IMG/VR virus record: IMGVR_UViG_3300025151_000033
Location: 1-63,787 of that record
Length of the DNA stretch: 63,787 bases
Source of the DNA: a virus
Taxonomy: Duplodnaviria; Caudoviricetes
Strand: one strand, 5' to 3'
The position numbers and the translations under genes were made by a program. The notes beneath the pieces are model-generated. The model worked only from the letters and a program-made list of their open reading frames with translations. It was not told where the DNA came from and did not search any database. Below, piece after piece: positions 28,154 to 37,399 of the stretch (position 1 is the first letter of the stretch; every line of letters begins with the position of its first letter).

Positions 28154-28647
28154 ATATTGATGATGCAAAGATAATTAATGCTTATTGGGCTGATGAGATT
28201 CAAAAAGCATGGGATAGTTATTTGGAAATAAATCCTCAACCTAATGGAGAAGAAGTTTTCCTTGATTTTGATGATTTCTTAGATATGATTTGGGAACAAA
28301 GTATTACTGCTTTTGATAAGCCAAGAGAGGTTCAAGTTGTAATTGATTGTAATAATCAACTATTCATTAGTTTTGGAACTCCAGGATTTGTTTCTTTTGA
28401 ACATCAAGAAGAAGAATTGCATGATAGAAAGCAACCAATGACATTACCTATTATTTGTTGGATTCATACTCACCCATTCGGTAGTGCTTATTTTAGCGGA
28501 ACTGATTGGAATACAATTAGAACATGGGAATTACACATGAATAGTGCAATTGTTCTTGGTAATAATGAAAGAATGCTTTGGACTAAAGAAAGAAAAGACC
28601 ATACTGTATTTTACAGAAATGGAACTATTGTGGAGGAAGAAGAATGA
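28150..28647 (+). CDS. JAB/MPN+ (JAMM) metalloprotease
   Basis: REVQ (catalytic E) and HTHPFGSAYFSGTD = HxH-x7-S-x2-D. Confidence 0.85.
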   Translation: MNIDDAKIINAYWADEIQKAWDSYLEINPQPNGEEVFLDFDDFLDMIWEQSITAFDKPREVQVVIDCNNQLFISFGTPGFVSFEHQEEELHDRKQPMTLPIICWIHTHPFGSAYFSGTDWNTIRTWELHMNSAIVLGNNERMLWTKERKDHTVFYRNGTIVEEEE

Positions 28648-28868
28648 GCGAATTAAAGAATTGGAAATTACTATTAGAAGAGATTTGTGATATTCTTGAA
28701 GGTGGAGATGTTAGATTAGATTACAAATCACCTTATTGTCAAGGAGTTATTGATACTATTTACGGCATTGTTTCCTTTCATTTGAAAGGAATTAGAGCAG
28801 GTGAAGAAATGAAAGAGATTTTGGATAAGATTCAAAATATACCTAAGTATGAAGGAGATGAAAAGTAA
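28644..28868 (+). CDS. hypothetical protein
   Basis: 74 aa, ATGA-coupled. Confidence 0.6.
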   Translation: MSELKNWKLLLEEICDILEGGDVRLDYKSPYCQGVIDTIYGIVSFHLKGIRAGEEMKEILDKIQNIPKYEGDEK

Positions 28869-29108
28869 TGTGCGGTGCAATTACAACTATATGTATGATT
28901 GCTAATTGTAATAACTATGTTCGTTATAGTGCAGTTTGCGATTCATGTCAATTCAATATTAATCACCCTACGGGGGTGTAAAGTTGAAATGCCCTTCATG
29001 TGGGGTTGATGCTTTTAGACTAACTAAATTAGTTAAAAGCCGAAATTATACTAAGACCGAGAAAGGTCTTTTTGAATGTTCAAGTTGTGGATATAAGGAA
29101 GTGATTGG

Positions 29109-29339
29109 ATGAAATATAAAGTATTAGATAGAAATAATTGGGTATTGATTGAGAAAGAACAAATAAAGAGTAAATCAGGTCTATGGAATGATTCTTATTA
29201 TGCAAGAGTTATTAGTAGTCCTAATGGTGAATTAGATGGTAAATTAATTGTTTACCATGAAGATAAGATTTTACCATATAAACAATGGTTTATTCTTGAG
29301 TATAGAAATATACTTATGTTAGTGGAGGAATCAGAATGA
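29109..29339 (+). CDS. groES: divergent GroES-like co-chaperonin
   Basis: WVLIEK...KSKSGL...FILEYRNILMLVE resembles GroES; directly upstream of GroEL. Confidence 0.55.
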   Translation: MKYKVLDRNNWVLIEKEQIKSKSGLWNDSYYARVISSPNGELDGKLIVYHEDKILPYKQWFILEYRNILMLVEESE

Positions 29340-30922
29340 ATGTATTATTTAATGAAGAAGCAAAGAATAAGATTTTAGAAGGAGTTAATTTGGTTGCAAA
29401 TGCAGTTAAACCAACATTAGGTCCACAAGCAAGAACAGTTATTTTGCAAACAAAGCCTTATCCTACTGTAATTAATGACGGAGTATCTATTGCTAAGTTT
29501 GTTTCAAGTAAAGACCCTTATGTTCAAATGGGAATTGAATTGGTGCAAAGTGTGGCTTCAACTGCTCAATTAAATGCAGGAGATGGAACTACTACTGCTT
29601 GTGTTTTAGCACAATCTATTATTGAAGAATTTAATAATGAAGATATTGTCAAAGAAAATGTTGCTACTTTCAAAAATACTTTGAATACTATTGTTGAAAG
29701 AATGTGTCAAATTTTAGATGAGATGGCAATTCCTGTTGATAATAATGAACAACTAAAGAATGTTGCTTCAATTGCCGCAAATAACGATGAAGAGTTAGGT
29801 GGACTAATTGCTCAAGTTATTGAGATTGCAGGTGAAGATTGCACTATTTCTGTTGAAGAATCTTCAACAACTGAAACTACAATTGATGTAGTTGAAGGAT
29901 TAGAAATAAATAGAGGTATGGTTAGCCATACTATGATTAATCAAGATAATGGAAGTTGTGTTTTAGACAATCCGTTCATTATGATGACAAATGAGGATAT
30001 TAACAACATTCAAGATTTACTTCCTTATTTGGAACAATGTGTTAATTCTAAGCGACCATTGTTAATTATGGCAAGAGATGTTAGAGGAACTGCTTTAGCA
30101 AATATTATTGTAAATATTCTAAGAAAGACTATTGATGCTTGTATTATTAAAGCACCGAGTTTCGGTGATAACATGGTTGAAGAAATGGAAGATATTGCTA
30201 CCATTGTTGGAGGTAAAGTTATTAATACAGATGCAGGAATGGATATTACAAAAGCAAACTTTGATTATTTGGGTAGTGCAAACAAAGTAGTAATTGATAA
30301 AGATAAGACTATTATTACTGTTGAGAAGTCTGACCAATTAGAGATTAATATTTCTGAAAGAGTCAATAAGATTCAAACTCGCTTAGAAGAAACTGATGAA
30401 AAGTATGAGATTATCCGACTGAAAAAGAGAATTGCCAAACTTAAAGGCGGTGTCGCCCGAATTATCGTGGGTGCTTCAACCGAGATTGAAATGCGGGAGA
30501 AGAAAGAACGCTTAGACGATGCTCTAAACGCCACACAAGCCTCTATTCAAGAAGGGATAGTAGTTGGAGGGGGTAAGGCAATTATTGAGGCGTGGGAGGC
30601 TCTTAGAGAAGAAATTGGGAGTCCGTATGCTCATATTATTTCCAATATTGTTAAAAAGCCATATTTACAGATAATGCGTAATGCAGGTTATGGTTCTGAT
30701 GCAATTAATTCTCATGCTATTAATCGTAATTTAGGATTAGGTTTCAATGCTCTTTCTTTAGAAGAAGATGTTGATTTAATGAAAGAAGGAATTATTGACC
30801 CTGTTAAAGTCACAAAGAGTAGTTTTAGAACAGCAGTATCTATTGCATTATTGGTATTAACTACGGAAGTTGCAGTTATTAGTGGTGAAGAAGATGTTTC
30901 AGCGAATCAAGGATTATATTAA
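29336..30922 (+). CDS. groEL: group I chaperonin GroEL
   Basis: TLGP, INDGVSIA, AGDGTTTA, KAPSFGD, EKKERLDDALNAT, GIIDPVKVT. Confidence 0.93.
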   Translation: MNVLFNEEAKNKILEGVNLVANAVKPTLGPQARTVILQTKPYPTVINDGVSIAKFVSSKDPYVQMGIELVQSVASTAQLNAGDGTTTACVLAQSIIEEFNNEDIVKENVATFKNTLNTIVERMCQILDEMAIPVDNNEQLKNVASIAANNDEELGGLIAQVIEIAGEDCTISVEESSTTETTIDVVEGLEINRGMVSHTMINQDNGSCVLDNPFIMMTNEDINNIQDLLPYLEQCVNSKRPLLIMARDVRGTALANIIVNILRKTIDACIIKAPSFGDNMVEEMEDIATIVGGKVINTDAGMDITKANFDYLGSANKVVIDKDKTIITVEKSDQLEINISERVNKIQTRLEETDEKYEIIRLKKRIAKLKGGVARIIVGASTEIEMREKKERLDDALNATQASIQEGIVVGGGKAIIEAWEALREEIGSPYAHIISNIVKKPYLQIMRNAGYGSDAINSHAINRNLGLGFNALSLEEDVDLMKEGIIDPVKVTKSSFRTAVSIALLVLTTEVAVISGEEDVSANQGLY

Positions 30923-31003
30923 GAGTCGTAAAGACAAAAAGACTCCAAAGAATATTGATGCAGATATAGAAGATGTTGTCAATGAATCTATGGAGGAAAT
31001 ACA

Positions 31004-31402
31004 ATGAAGAAGGCATTAACTGTAAATTTTCCAGCACCATTACCTGCTGAAATTAAATGCCCTATTTGTGAAGGAAACAAATGTAATGTTTGTAAGATGA
31101 CAGGAAAGATTAGCGTTAAAGTTGATGCTAAAGTTCCTATTCAAAGAACACACATTGTAAAATATGTGCATGATAATATGCACACTATTGCAAAGGAAAT
31201 AACAAGAGTATATGGTTTAACTCCAGAAATAGGAACAAGAGAAGTTGTTCAAAAGAATGGAGGAACATATGAGATTGTTCAAATTTCAAGTATTGGTGGT
31301 GCTTGTTGGGTAATTAATAGAGTTGATGAATTAGAAGCACCAAGATATTATTTTCATCATAGAGAAGTAACTAATTTTGTAAGAGGGGAGATGATTGAAT
31401 AA
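31004..31402 (+). CDS. Zn-finger hypothetical protein
   Basis: CPICEGNKCNVCKMTG. Confidence 0.65.
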   Translation: MKKALTVNFPAPLPAEIKCPICEGNKCNVCKMTGKISVKVDAKVPIQRTHIVKYVHDNMHTIAKEITRVYGLTPEIGTREVVQKNGGTYEIVQISSIGGACWVINRVDELEAPRYYFHHREVTNFVRGEMIE

Positions 31403-31644
31403 TGGTTAGTATGAGAGAGTGTAAAAAGATTATTAAAGAAAATACTGATAGAAGTTTAGAACCTAATGCGTATGTTAAATTTCAAGAATTATCAGATGAG
31501 TTGATTAGTCAATTTGCTAAATTGGTTATGAAAGTTAGAAACGAAGATACTCGGAGAGAGTCTAAGATTTCAACTATTCATGTTGAAAATGCTTGGGCTA
31601 AGTTTCAATACGCATTATTAAAAGGAGAGGAAGTAAATGAATAA
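31402..31644 (+). CDS. histone-fold-like protein
   Basis: KKIIKENTDRSLEPNA, long helix, then KISTIHVENA, matching the helix-loop layout of archaeal HMf histones. Confidence 0.5.
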   Translation: MVSMRECKKIIKENTDRSLEPNAYVKFQELSDELISQFAKLVMKVRNEDTRRESKISTIHVENAWAKFQYALLKGEEVNE

Positions 31645-32008
31645 ATGGATAGAGTTTAAAGAAGAAGAATTTGAAGAATGGGTTGATGAATTTTCAGCCC
31701 TTTTAGAAAAAGAAAACCCTGAATTAGCAAAGGGATTTAGAGCAAGTTATTTGCAAATTAAAGATACACCATCAGTCACACAATGGGCTTTCTGGTTGTA
31801 TAATGTTTTATTGTATGGAAATGATACTACATTAAATAGTATTGCTTGGCCCTTAAATATGGCTTTTTTGGATTTCATGGGAACAATCTTTGAATTTAGA
31901 GGAATGGAAGATGAAAAGCAAGAAACTGTAGTTATGGGAAGAAAAATTATGGAATTGGCAGTAAAAATGTATAATGTAGGTGAAAACAATGCAACAGAAG
32001 AGGAATGA
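31637..32008 (+). CDS. hypothetical protein
   Basis: 123 aa, in operon. Confidence 0.65.
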   Translation: MNKWIEFKEEEFEEWVDEFSALLEKENPELAKGFRASYLQIKDTPSVTQWAFWLYNVLLYGNDTTLNSIAWPLNMAFLDFMGTIFEFRGMEDEKQETVVMGRKIMELAVKMYNVGENNATEEE

Positions 32009-33569
32009 TGTTTGGGAGAGATTTAGTAAATTAAATGAACAATTAGAACACGCTATGGGTTCAACAATGAGAATTACTTTGATTAAGAGGGCTTGGGCTT
32101 CTTATTCAGATAAATCTAACTTTACTAAGATTTTGACTATGGATATGCCTCCAAATAATATTGCCGCTAAAAAGGCTATTAAATGGGTTGCAAAAGCCTA
32201 TGGAGTTTATGATACTGAAATTGAAACTTATGTTCAAATGTATGGTGATATTGGAGAAGCAGTTTATGAATTTGATGGAAGTAGTGAATCCACTTGTAAT
32301 TTAAGTCTAAGACAAATTGAAACTCTATTGAATTTAGATTGTTCTCGTATTGATGGTAATTCATTTAATTTATTTGAAGAGTCGTTTTTGAAAATGTCCT
32401 CTATTGAAAAGAAATGGTTTTTGAGATTTTGGACAAGAAAAAGTCGTAATGGATTTAAGACTTCAACAATGGCAAAAGCATTAACTCAAATTTATAATAA
32501 AACAAAGAAAGAAGTTGATAGAGATGTTCAGTTTAATAACCTTTATGAAATTGTTGAATTTTATCAAGCGGGAGAAACCCCCGAAAGTAAATTGATTGCT
32601 GGTAATTTTATTAAACCAATGTTGGCTAAAGCAATAGAAAAGCATAAATGGCCTAAAAACAATTATTGCGTTGAATATAAGTATGACGGCAATCGTTATC
32701 AAATTCACAAATCAGGAGATAAAGTAATTATTTTTAATAGAAGAGGTAAAGATACTACTGACCAATTTCCTGATGTAGTTGAAGATATACTCAAAGTTCC
32801 TATTAATGAATTTATTATTGATGGTGAAATTTATCCTATCAAAGAAGATGGTAGCCCTGAAAAGCACCAAAAGTTAGGAACAAGAGTTCATTCAAAGAAT
32901 AAGGCAGAAGCAGTAGCAAAATGTCCTGTAAGATTTGTAGTGTTTGATATACTACAAATGAATGGAAATAGTTATATTGATGAGCCTTTAAGAATCAGAT
33001 TAGAAAAATGGCATAATACTCTAAAGATTTGTCCATTCCCAACTCATCGTATTTGGAGTGATAATGAAAGTGAAATGGGAGTTATGGCATTTTATCATCA
33101 AGCCATTCAAGATGGGTTTGAAGGAATTATTATCAAACCTTTGAATGCTAAGTATCAATCTGGAAAGAGGTCAAAAGATTGGATTAAATATAAACCACCA
33201 CTAATTGAATTAGATGTTGTAATTGTTGGTGCAAGATATGGTGAAGGAAAGAAAGCAAATGTATTTGCTTCATTTGATATTGCAGTAAAGAAAGATACAG
33301 GTTTTTACAATATTGGTTCTTGTGGCGGTGGATTTTCCGATACAGATTTATTTAGATTGACTAACGATTTGAGAAAGATTATATCAAGTAATGAAGGTAA
33401 TACTTACAATGTATTACCAAGAGTTGTTTTAGAAGTAACAGGAGATATAGTTACTCAAAATGAAGAAGGGGATTATTCTCTAAGATTCCCAAGATGTAAA
33501 AGAATTAGAGATGATAAACCTGTATCTGACATAAATACATATGAAGAGATGGTGGAACAATATGCGTGA
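31989..33569 (+). CDS. lig: ATP-dependent DNA ligase
   Basis: EYKYDGNR, IIDGEI, VFDIL, EGIIIK, WIKYK, SLRFPR. Confidence 0.93.
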   Translation: MQQKRNDVWERFSKLNEQLEHAMGSTMRITLIKRAWASYSDKSNFTKILTMDMPPNNIAAKKAIKWVAKAYGVYDTEIETYVQMYGDIGEAVYEFDGSSESTCNLSLRQIETLLNLDCSRIDGNSFNLFEESFLKMSSIEKKWFLRFWTRKSRNGFKTSTMAKALTQIYNKTKKEVDRDVQFNNLYEIVEFYQAGETPESKLIAGNFIKPMLAKAIEKHKWPKNNYCVEYKYDGNRYQIHKSGDKVIIFNRRGKDTTDQFPDVVEDILKVPINEFIIDGEIYPIKEDGSPEKHQKLGTRVHSKNKAEAVAKCPVRFVVFDILQMNGNSYIDEPLRIRLEKWHNTLKICPFPTHRIWSDNESEMGVMAFYHQAIQDGFEGIIIKPLNAKYQSGKRSKDWIKYKPPLIELDVVIVGARYGEGKKANVFASFDIAVKKDTGFYNIGSCGGGFSDTDLFRLTNDLRKIISSNEGNTYNVLPRVVLEVTGDIVTQNEEGDYSLRFPRCKRIRDDKPVSDINTYEEMVEQYA

Positions 33570-33936
33570 TTATATACACACAGATGGATTAGGAAAGCAA
33601 TATTCAATTAAAGAAATGGATTACCGAAAATTACGAAAGCAAGTATTGAAAATTAAGGCTAAGTTTACAAGAAATGCAAAACAACTTAAAGCAGTATGTG
33701 ATGAAATTAACCGAAGGCATAGGAATGACCCTGAAAAGAAAACTTATTATCCTACGGTAATTATTGACCATACTATCGGTAAAGTCTTTGGTTTTGAAAC
33801 TGATGAAGAATGGAAGAGAATGGATGCTTTGTTTGAATTAGCATTGAATGTTTTGAATAATCCTGACTTTTCTGAAAAAGATAGACAAATTGCAATTAAA
33901 GTTTTAGAACAGGGGAGGGTTAGACTTGACGATTAA
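33562..33936 (+). CDS. hypothetical protein
   Basis: MRDYIHTDG..., in operon. Confidence 0.6.
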   Translation: MRDYIHTDGLGKQYSIKEMDYRKLRKQVLKIKAKFTRNAKQLKAVCDEINRRHRNDPEKKTYYPTVIIDHTIGKVFGFETDEEWKRMDALFELALNVLNNPDFSEKDRQIAIKVLEQGRVRLDD

Positions 33937-34375
33937 GGTAGGTGATTTCACAATTCTATATGATGAACCATATACTTGTGTTCGGATAGAAGATGAAATT
34001 GCTTACTTAAAGAAAGTTAGTGAGAACAAAGGTCGTCATTTACAAATGGCAGTTTCTTTAGTGCCTTATTTTGAAAATAACGAACTAATTGTTCCCGAAC
34101 CACCAAAGAAAGAAAGAAGTATAACGAAACTTAAAATTGACATATCTAAATTGATTAGAGAAGAAACAGGAATGCCTGTTAGTAGGGATTTAGTTAGATT
34201 TGCACATGAGCATATTTCAGATTTAATTATGCAATTGGCTTATTTAGCAGAAAGAAGTGCGCTTGAAAGAGGGCATAAAAAACTTCAACCTGCTCATTGG
34301 TATAGACTTGATTTACAATATGATGAAGGAGTTGGTTTTTATGATAAATCACACAACGAATACATGGAGGATTAA
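33926..34375 (+). CDS. protein with C-terminal histone fold
   Basis: ISKLIREETGMPVSRD...AERSALERGHKKLQPAH resembles HMf RVS.DA...A.HAGRKTIKAED. Confidence 0.55.
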   Translation: MTIKVGDFTILYDEPYTCVRIEDEIAYLKKVSENKGRHLQMAVSLVPYFENNELIVPEPPKKERSITKLKIDISKLIREETGMPVSRDLVRFAHEHISDLIMQLAYLAERSALERGHKKLQPAHWYRLDLQYDEGVGFYDKSHNEYMED

Positions 34376-34377
34376 CA

Positions 34378-34791
34378 ATGTTTCAATGGTTAATTAAAAA
34401 GACTATTGCATTTATGGGAAGAGTTTATGTTATCTTAGATTCATTTTTAGAACATGAAACTGAAACTATCTTAGCAATTAAAATTGATGAGGACTTTCAA
34501 ACAATGTCAAGAAAAGAATTGTGTAATCACATTGAAGATAAGTTCAAATTCCCAAGAGATACTTTTTGGAATTTAGAATCAACTCAAAAAATTAGAGTCT
34601 GTTCACAATTAGCAAGAAATATTATGACTGTTGCTGAAAAACAATTCTATGAAAACAAAAAGAAGGCTGAAAGTAAGCCGAGCAAGAATAAAATCCGCAA
34701 GTCGGGGAATAAAATCGGAACGAAGGCTAAGTTTCAAGAGAAAGAAAAATACACATTAAAGAATATTCCGTTTGGAGGGAAGAAAAAATGA
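34378..34791 (+). CDS. hypothetical protein
   Basis: 137 aa, GGAGG SD. Confidence 0.65.
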   Translation: MFQWLIKKTIAFMGRVYVILDSFLEHETETILAIKIDEDFQTMSRKELCNHIEDKFKFPRDTFWNLESTQKIRVCSQLARNIMTVAEKQFYENKKKAESKPSKNKIRKSGNKIGTKAKFQEKEKYTLKNIPFGGKKK

Positions 34792-35210
34792 GATTAATGA
34801 TTAACTTATGTCATAAAAGAGGTTGCACTAATATTGTGAAATCAGGTTTTAGGTTTTGTTATAAATCTGATTGTGGAAATAAAGATGAAGCAAGAATGCT
34901 TGATGAAACACATTCAGATATTAGAGATAATATAGGAAAGGAAGAAGAATGAGAGATTATACAGAATATACAAGAAAACAATTAATTGCTATGTTGGAAG
35001 AATCAAATGATATTATTGATGCAATATGTCATTTTTTAGGAACTAATGTAGTGTCTGATTTATACATGAATCATAGGAGTGAGGAAGAATGAAAACATTA
35101 TTTATTGGAATCATGGGAATGATTATATTGTATTGTATTGGAAGGGTGTTATACCCTGAAATACCACATAGACCAATTCAACAAGAGTTGATGAAGAAGG
35201 AGGAAGAATA

Positions 35211-35570
35211 ATGAAAGATTGGAATGAATTTTGGAGTAAATATAGAGTATTTAAGATTGAAAGAGAATGGTTGGAAAGTAATTATCCCGAAGTGCTTAAA
35301 GCATGGAAAGAACATAGACAACCAATTATTCTAAAGAAAATACACGATGAAGAACAAGACAAGCAAAGAGAAATAGATAGGCTCTTAGATAAGTTTAATC
35401 AAATTGAAGAATGGTTAGACAGTAAACCTAACGGTTTGGGAGAAGATATGGAAAAGGCAATCAGAATGTCAATTGAGTTAGGAAGAAACGATGATGATAA
35501 TATACATAATTATTGGACAGCAATTAGGACTCTTGCTCGTAATATAGACGGTTATCCTATTAGAAGGTGA
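35211..35570 (+). CDS. hypothetical protein
   Basis: 119 aa, GGAGG SD. Confidence 0.65.
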   Translation: MKDWNEFWSKYRVFKIEREWLESNYPEVLKAWKEHRQPIILKKIHDEEQDKQREIDRLLDKFNQIEEWLDSKPNGLGEDMEKAIRMSIELGRNDDDNIHNYWTAIRTLARNIDGYPIRR

Positions 35571-35681
35571 TTAAAGTGAAAGAAAAAGAAATAGTTAGAC
35601 AAACTATTGTTTATTCAGATGGTTCAATGATTATCCTTGTTAAAGAAGGAAATGTATTTAGAATTGAAAGGAGGAATAAGC

Positions 35682-35846
35682 ATGGGAAAGTGTAAGTTAT
35701 GTGGTAAATCATATACAGGTAAAGGACATAATGCTGAACCTTTATCAAATGGAAGGTGTTGTAATGTTTGTAATTATATTAGTGTAATTCCTGCAAGAGT
35801 TCAACAAATGTATGATTTAAGAAAATTCCAGGAGGAAAATGTATGA
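35682..35846 (+). CDS. small Zn-finger protein
   Basis: MGKCKLCGK...GHNAEPL..GRCCNVCN. Confidence 0.6.
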   Translation: MGKCKLCGKSYTGKGHNAEPLSNGRCCNVCNYISVIPARVQQMYDLRKFQEENV

Positions 35847-36025
35847 GGAATAAAACAAAGTATGTTAGTGTGAAAGTATCTTATGATACAGAAGAAACAT
35901 GGGAGGAAACATTACAAGAAGTTAAAGAGATACTTCTTATGATGAACAATGTTAAGCGTCATGCGATTATTTTGGATATTGAGCAAGGGGCGAATAAAAA
36001 TGTCAATGATGGACAAAACCAATGA
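35843..36025 (+). CDS. hypothetical protein
   Basis: 60 aa, ATGA-coupled. Confidence 0.55.
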   Translation: MRNKTKYVSVKVSYDTEETWEETLQEVKEILLMMNNVKRHAIILDIEQGANKNVNDGQNQ

Positions 36026-36145
36026 ATTACTTGAAGATTTGTTGGCTATGATTCGCAGAAGCAATCGGATTTTAGTTATGGTAAATTGTGTTAATATCGC
36101 CACAATTTGCGTCTTATTAGCGGTATTATTTATGAGATGATTATT

Positions 36146-36544
36146 ATGTTTAGTAAAGAGCAATTACAAGGTATTTTATTAACAATACCAAAACCAGAAG
36201 TGCATATATCCAAAGACAATAGATTGACTACGGGATATAAAGTTAGATTGAGATTGAATATTAGAGCGAATGAGGATTTCTTAAAAGCATTACAAAGAAC
36301 TTTGGGTCAATATCATGTATCTTCAAAGTATAAAGATATTGAACATAAGAGTCGTCCACTACCAATTCTTAGGATTAGTGGTATTGAAAATCTAATAGAA
36401 ATATTAAAACTAATACCTGATGAATTACCTGATGCTAAAGGACATTACGAATCTTTTACAAAGATTGTTGCTTTAGTTTCCGAAGGGGCGCATTTAACTC
36501 AAGAAGGCTTAGACGATATTTTAATGTTGAAGGGTTGTATATGA
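36146..36544 (+). CDS. degenerate single-domain LAGLIDADG-fold protein
   Basis: GYKVRLRLNI strands and C-terminal HLTQEGLDDIL; N-terminal helix LQGILLTIP lacks the catalytic acid. Confidence 0.5.
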   Translation: MFSKEQLQGILLTIPKPEVHISKDNRLTTGYKVRLRLNIRANEDFLKALQRTLGQYHVSSKYKDIEHKSRPLPILRISGIENLIEILKLIPDELPDAKGHYESFTKIVALVSEGAHLTQEGLDDILMLKGCI

Positions 36545-37398
36545 GTTTTGCAAGTATGACAAATCAAGTAAGACCAATCATATTTGTAGGAAAAACAGGA
36601 ACAGGTAAAACTTATTCAGCAAATAACGCATTACCAAATGCTATGAAGTTTTTTGCTAATGAGTTGCCTATGTTAGATATTAATTCTTTACCTATTGATA
36701 AAGGAATTATTATTGAAGAGATACATAGGAAACCTGATGTTGAACAAATCAAAGCATTGATTCTTAATTATAGTGGTGAGTTAGTTTTAACTTCTATAAA
36801 TGAAAAAGATATTCCTGCCGAGATTAAAAATATGTGTAAAATTAAAAGAGTTGGAAAGAAGAATTATTTGCGAGAATCTATTAAAGAACTTGCGCCTCGT
36901 TCTGAAAATCCATATCTTTTAGAAGATGCTATGTATGGAATGATAAGTAATTATTTGAGAGAAACAGATAGAGATAAAATTGCTTATCAATTAAAGGTGA
37001 ATAAACCTGCTGATACTCAAATATTAAGTTGGTTGGTTGAGAACATTCACCCAAATAAATTAATTTACATAGATGCAAAAGTAAGAAGAAAGTTATCTTC
37101 TGATTACTTCTATGAGATGCTCGCTTATACTCATAGTGGTAGTAATTTTAATAGAGTTAGTTTTCCTAAGAGGGGAACTTATTCTCCTATACCAAAAATA
37201 TGTAGGAGATTTAAACTCAAAGGACATGAAGGTTTTTTATTGAAACAATTAATTCAAGATGAAAACTTTGCTGAATTTGCTAAAACAAAATTAGATAATT
37301 CAGAATGTCGTATTCTAAAGTTAGGCGAAAAGAAAAGGAAAAAGAAAACTGATAAAGTTATTCCGAATAATAATAGAAATTTAATGGAGTGGATGTAA
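36541..37398 (+). CDS. clamp-loader large-subunit-like AAA+ protein
   Basis: GKTGTGKT, IIIEE; adjacent to the RFC small subunit. Confidence 0.6.
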   Translation: MSFASMTNQVRPIIFVGKTGTGKTYSANNALPNAMKFFANELPMLDINSLPIDKGIIIEEIHRKPDVEQIKALILNYSGELVLTSINEKDIPAEIKNMCKIKRVGKKNYLRESIKELAPRSENPYLLEDAMYGMISNYLRETDRDKIAYQLKVNKPADTQILSWLVENIHPNKLIYIDAKVRRKLSSDYFYEMLAYTHSGSNFNRVSFPKRGTYSPIPKICRRFKLKGHEGFLLKQLIQDENFAEFAKTKLDNSECRILKLGEKKRKKKTDKVIPNNNRNLMEWM

Positions 37399-37399
37399 A

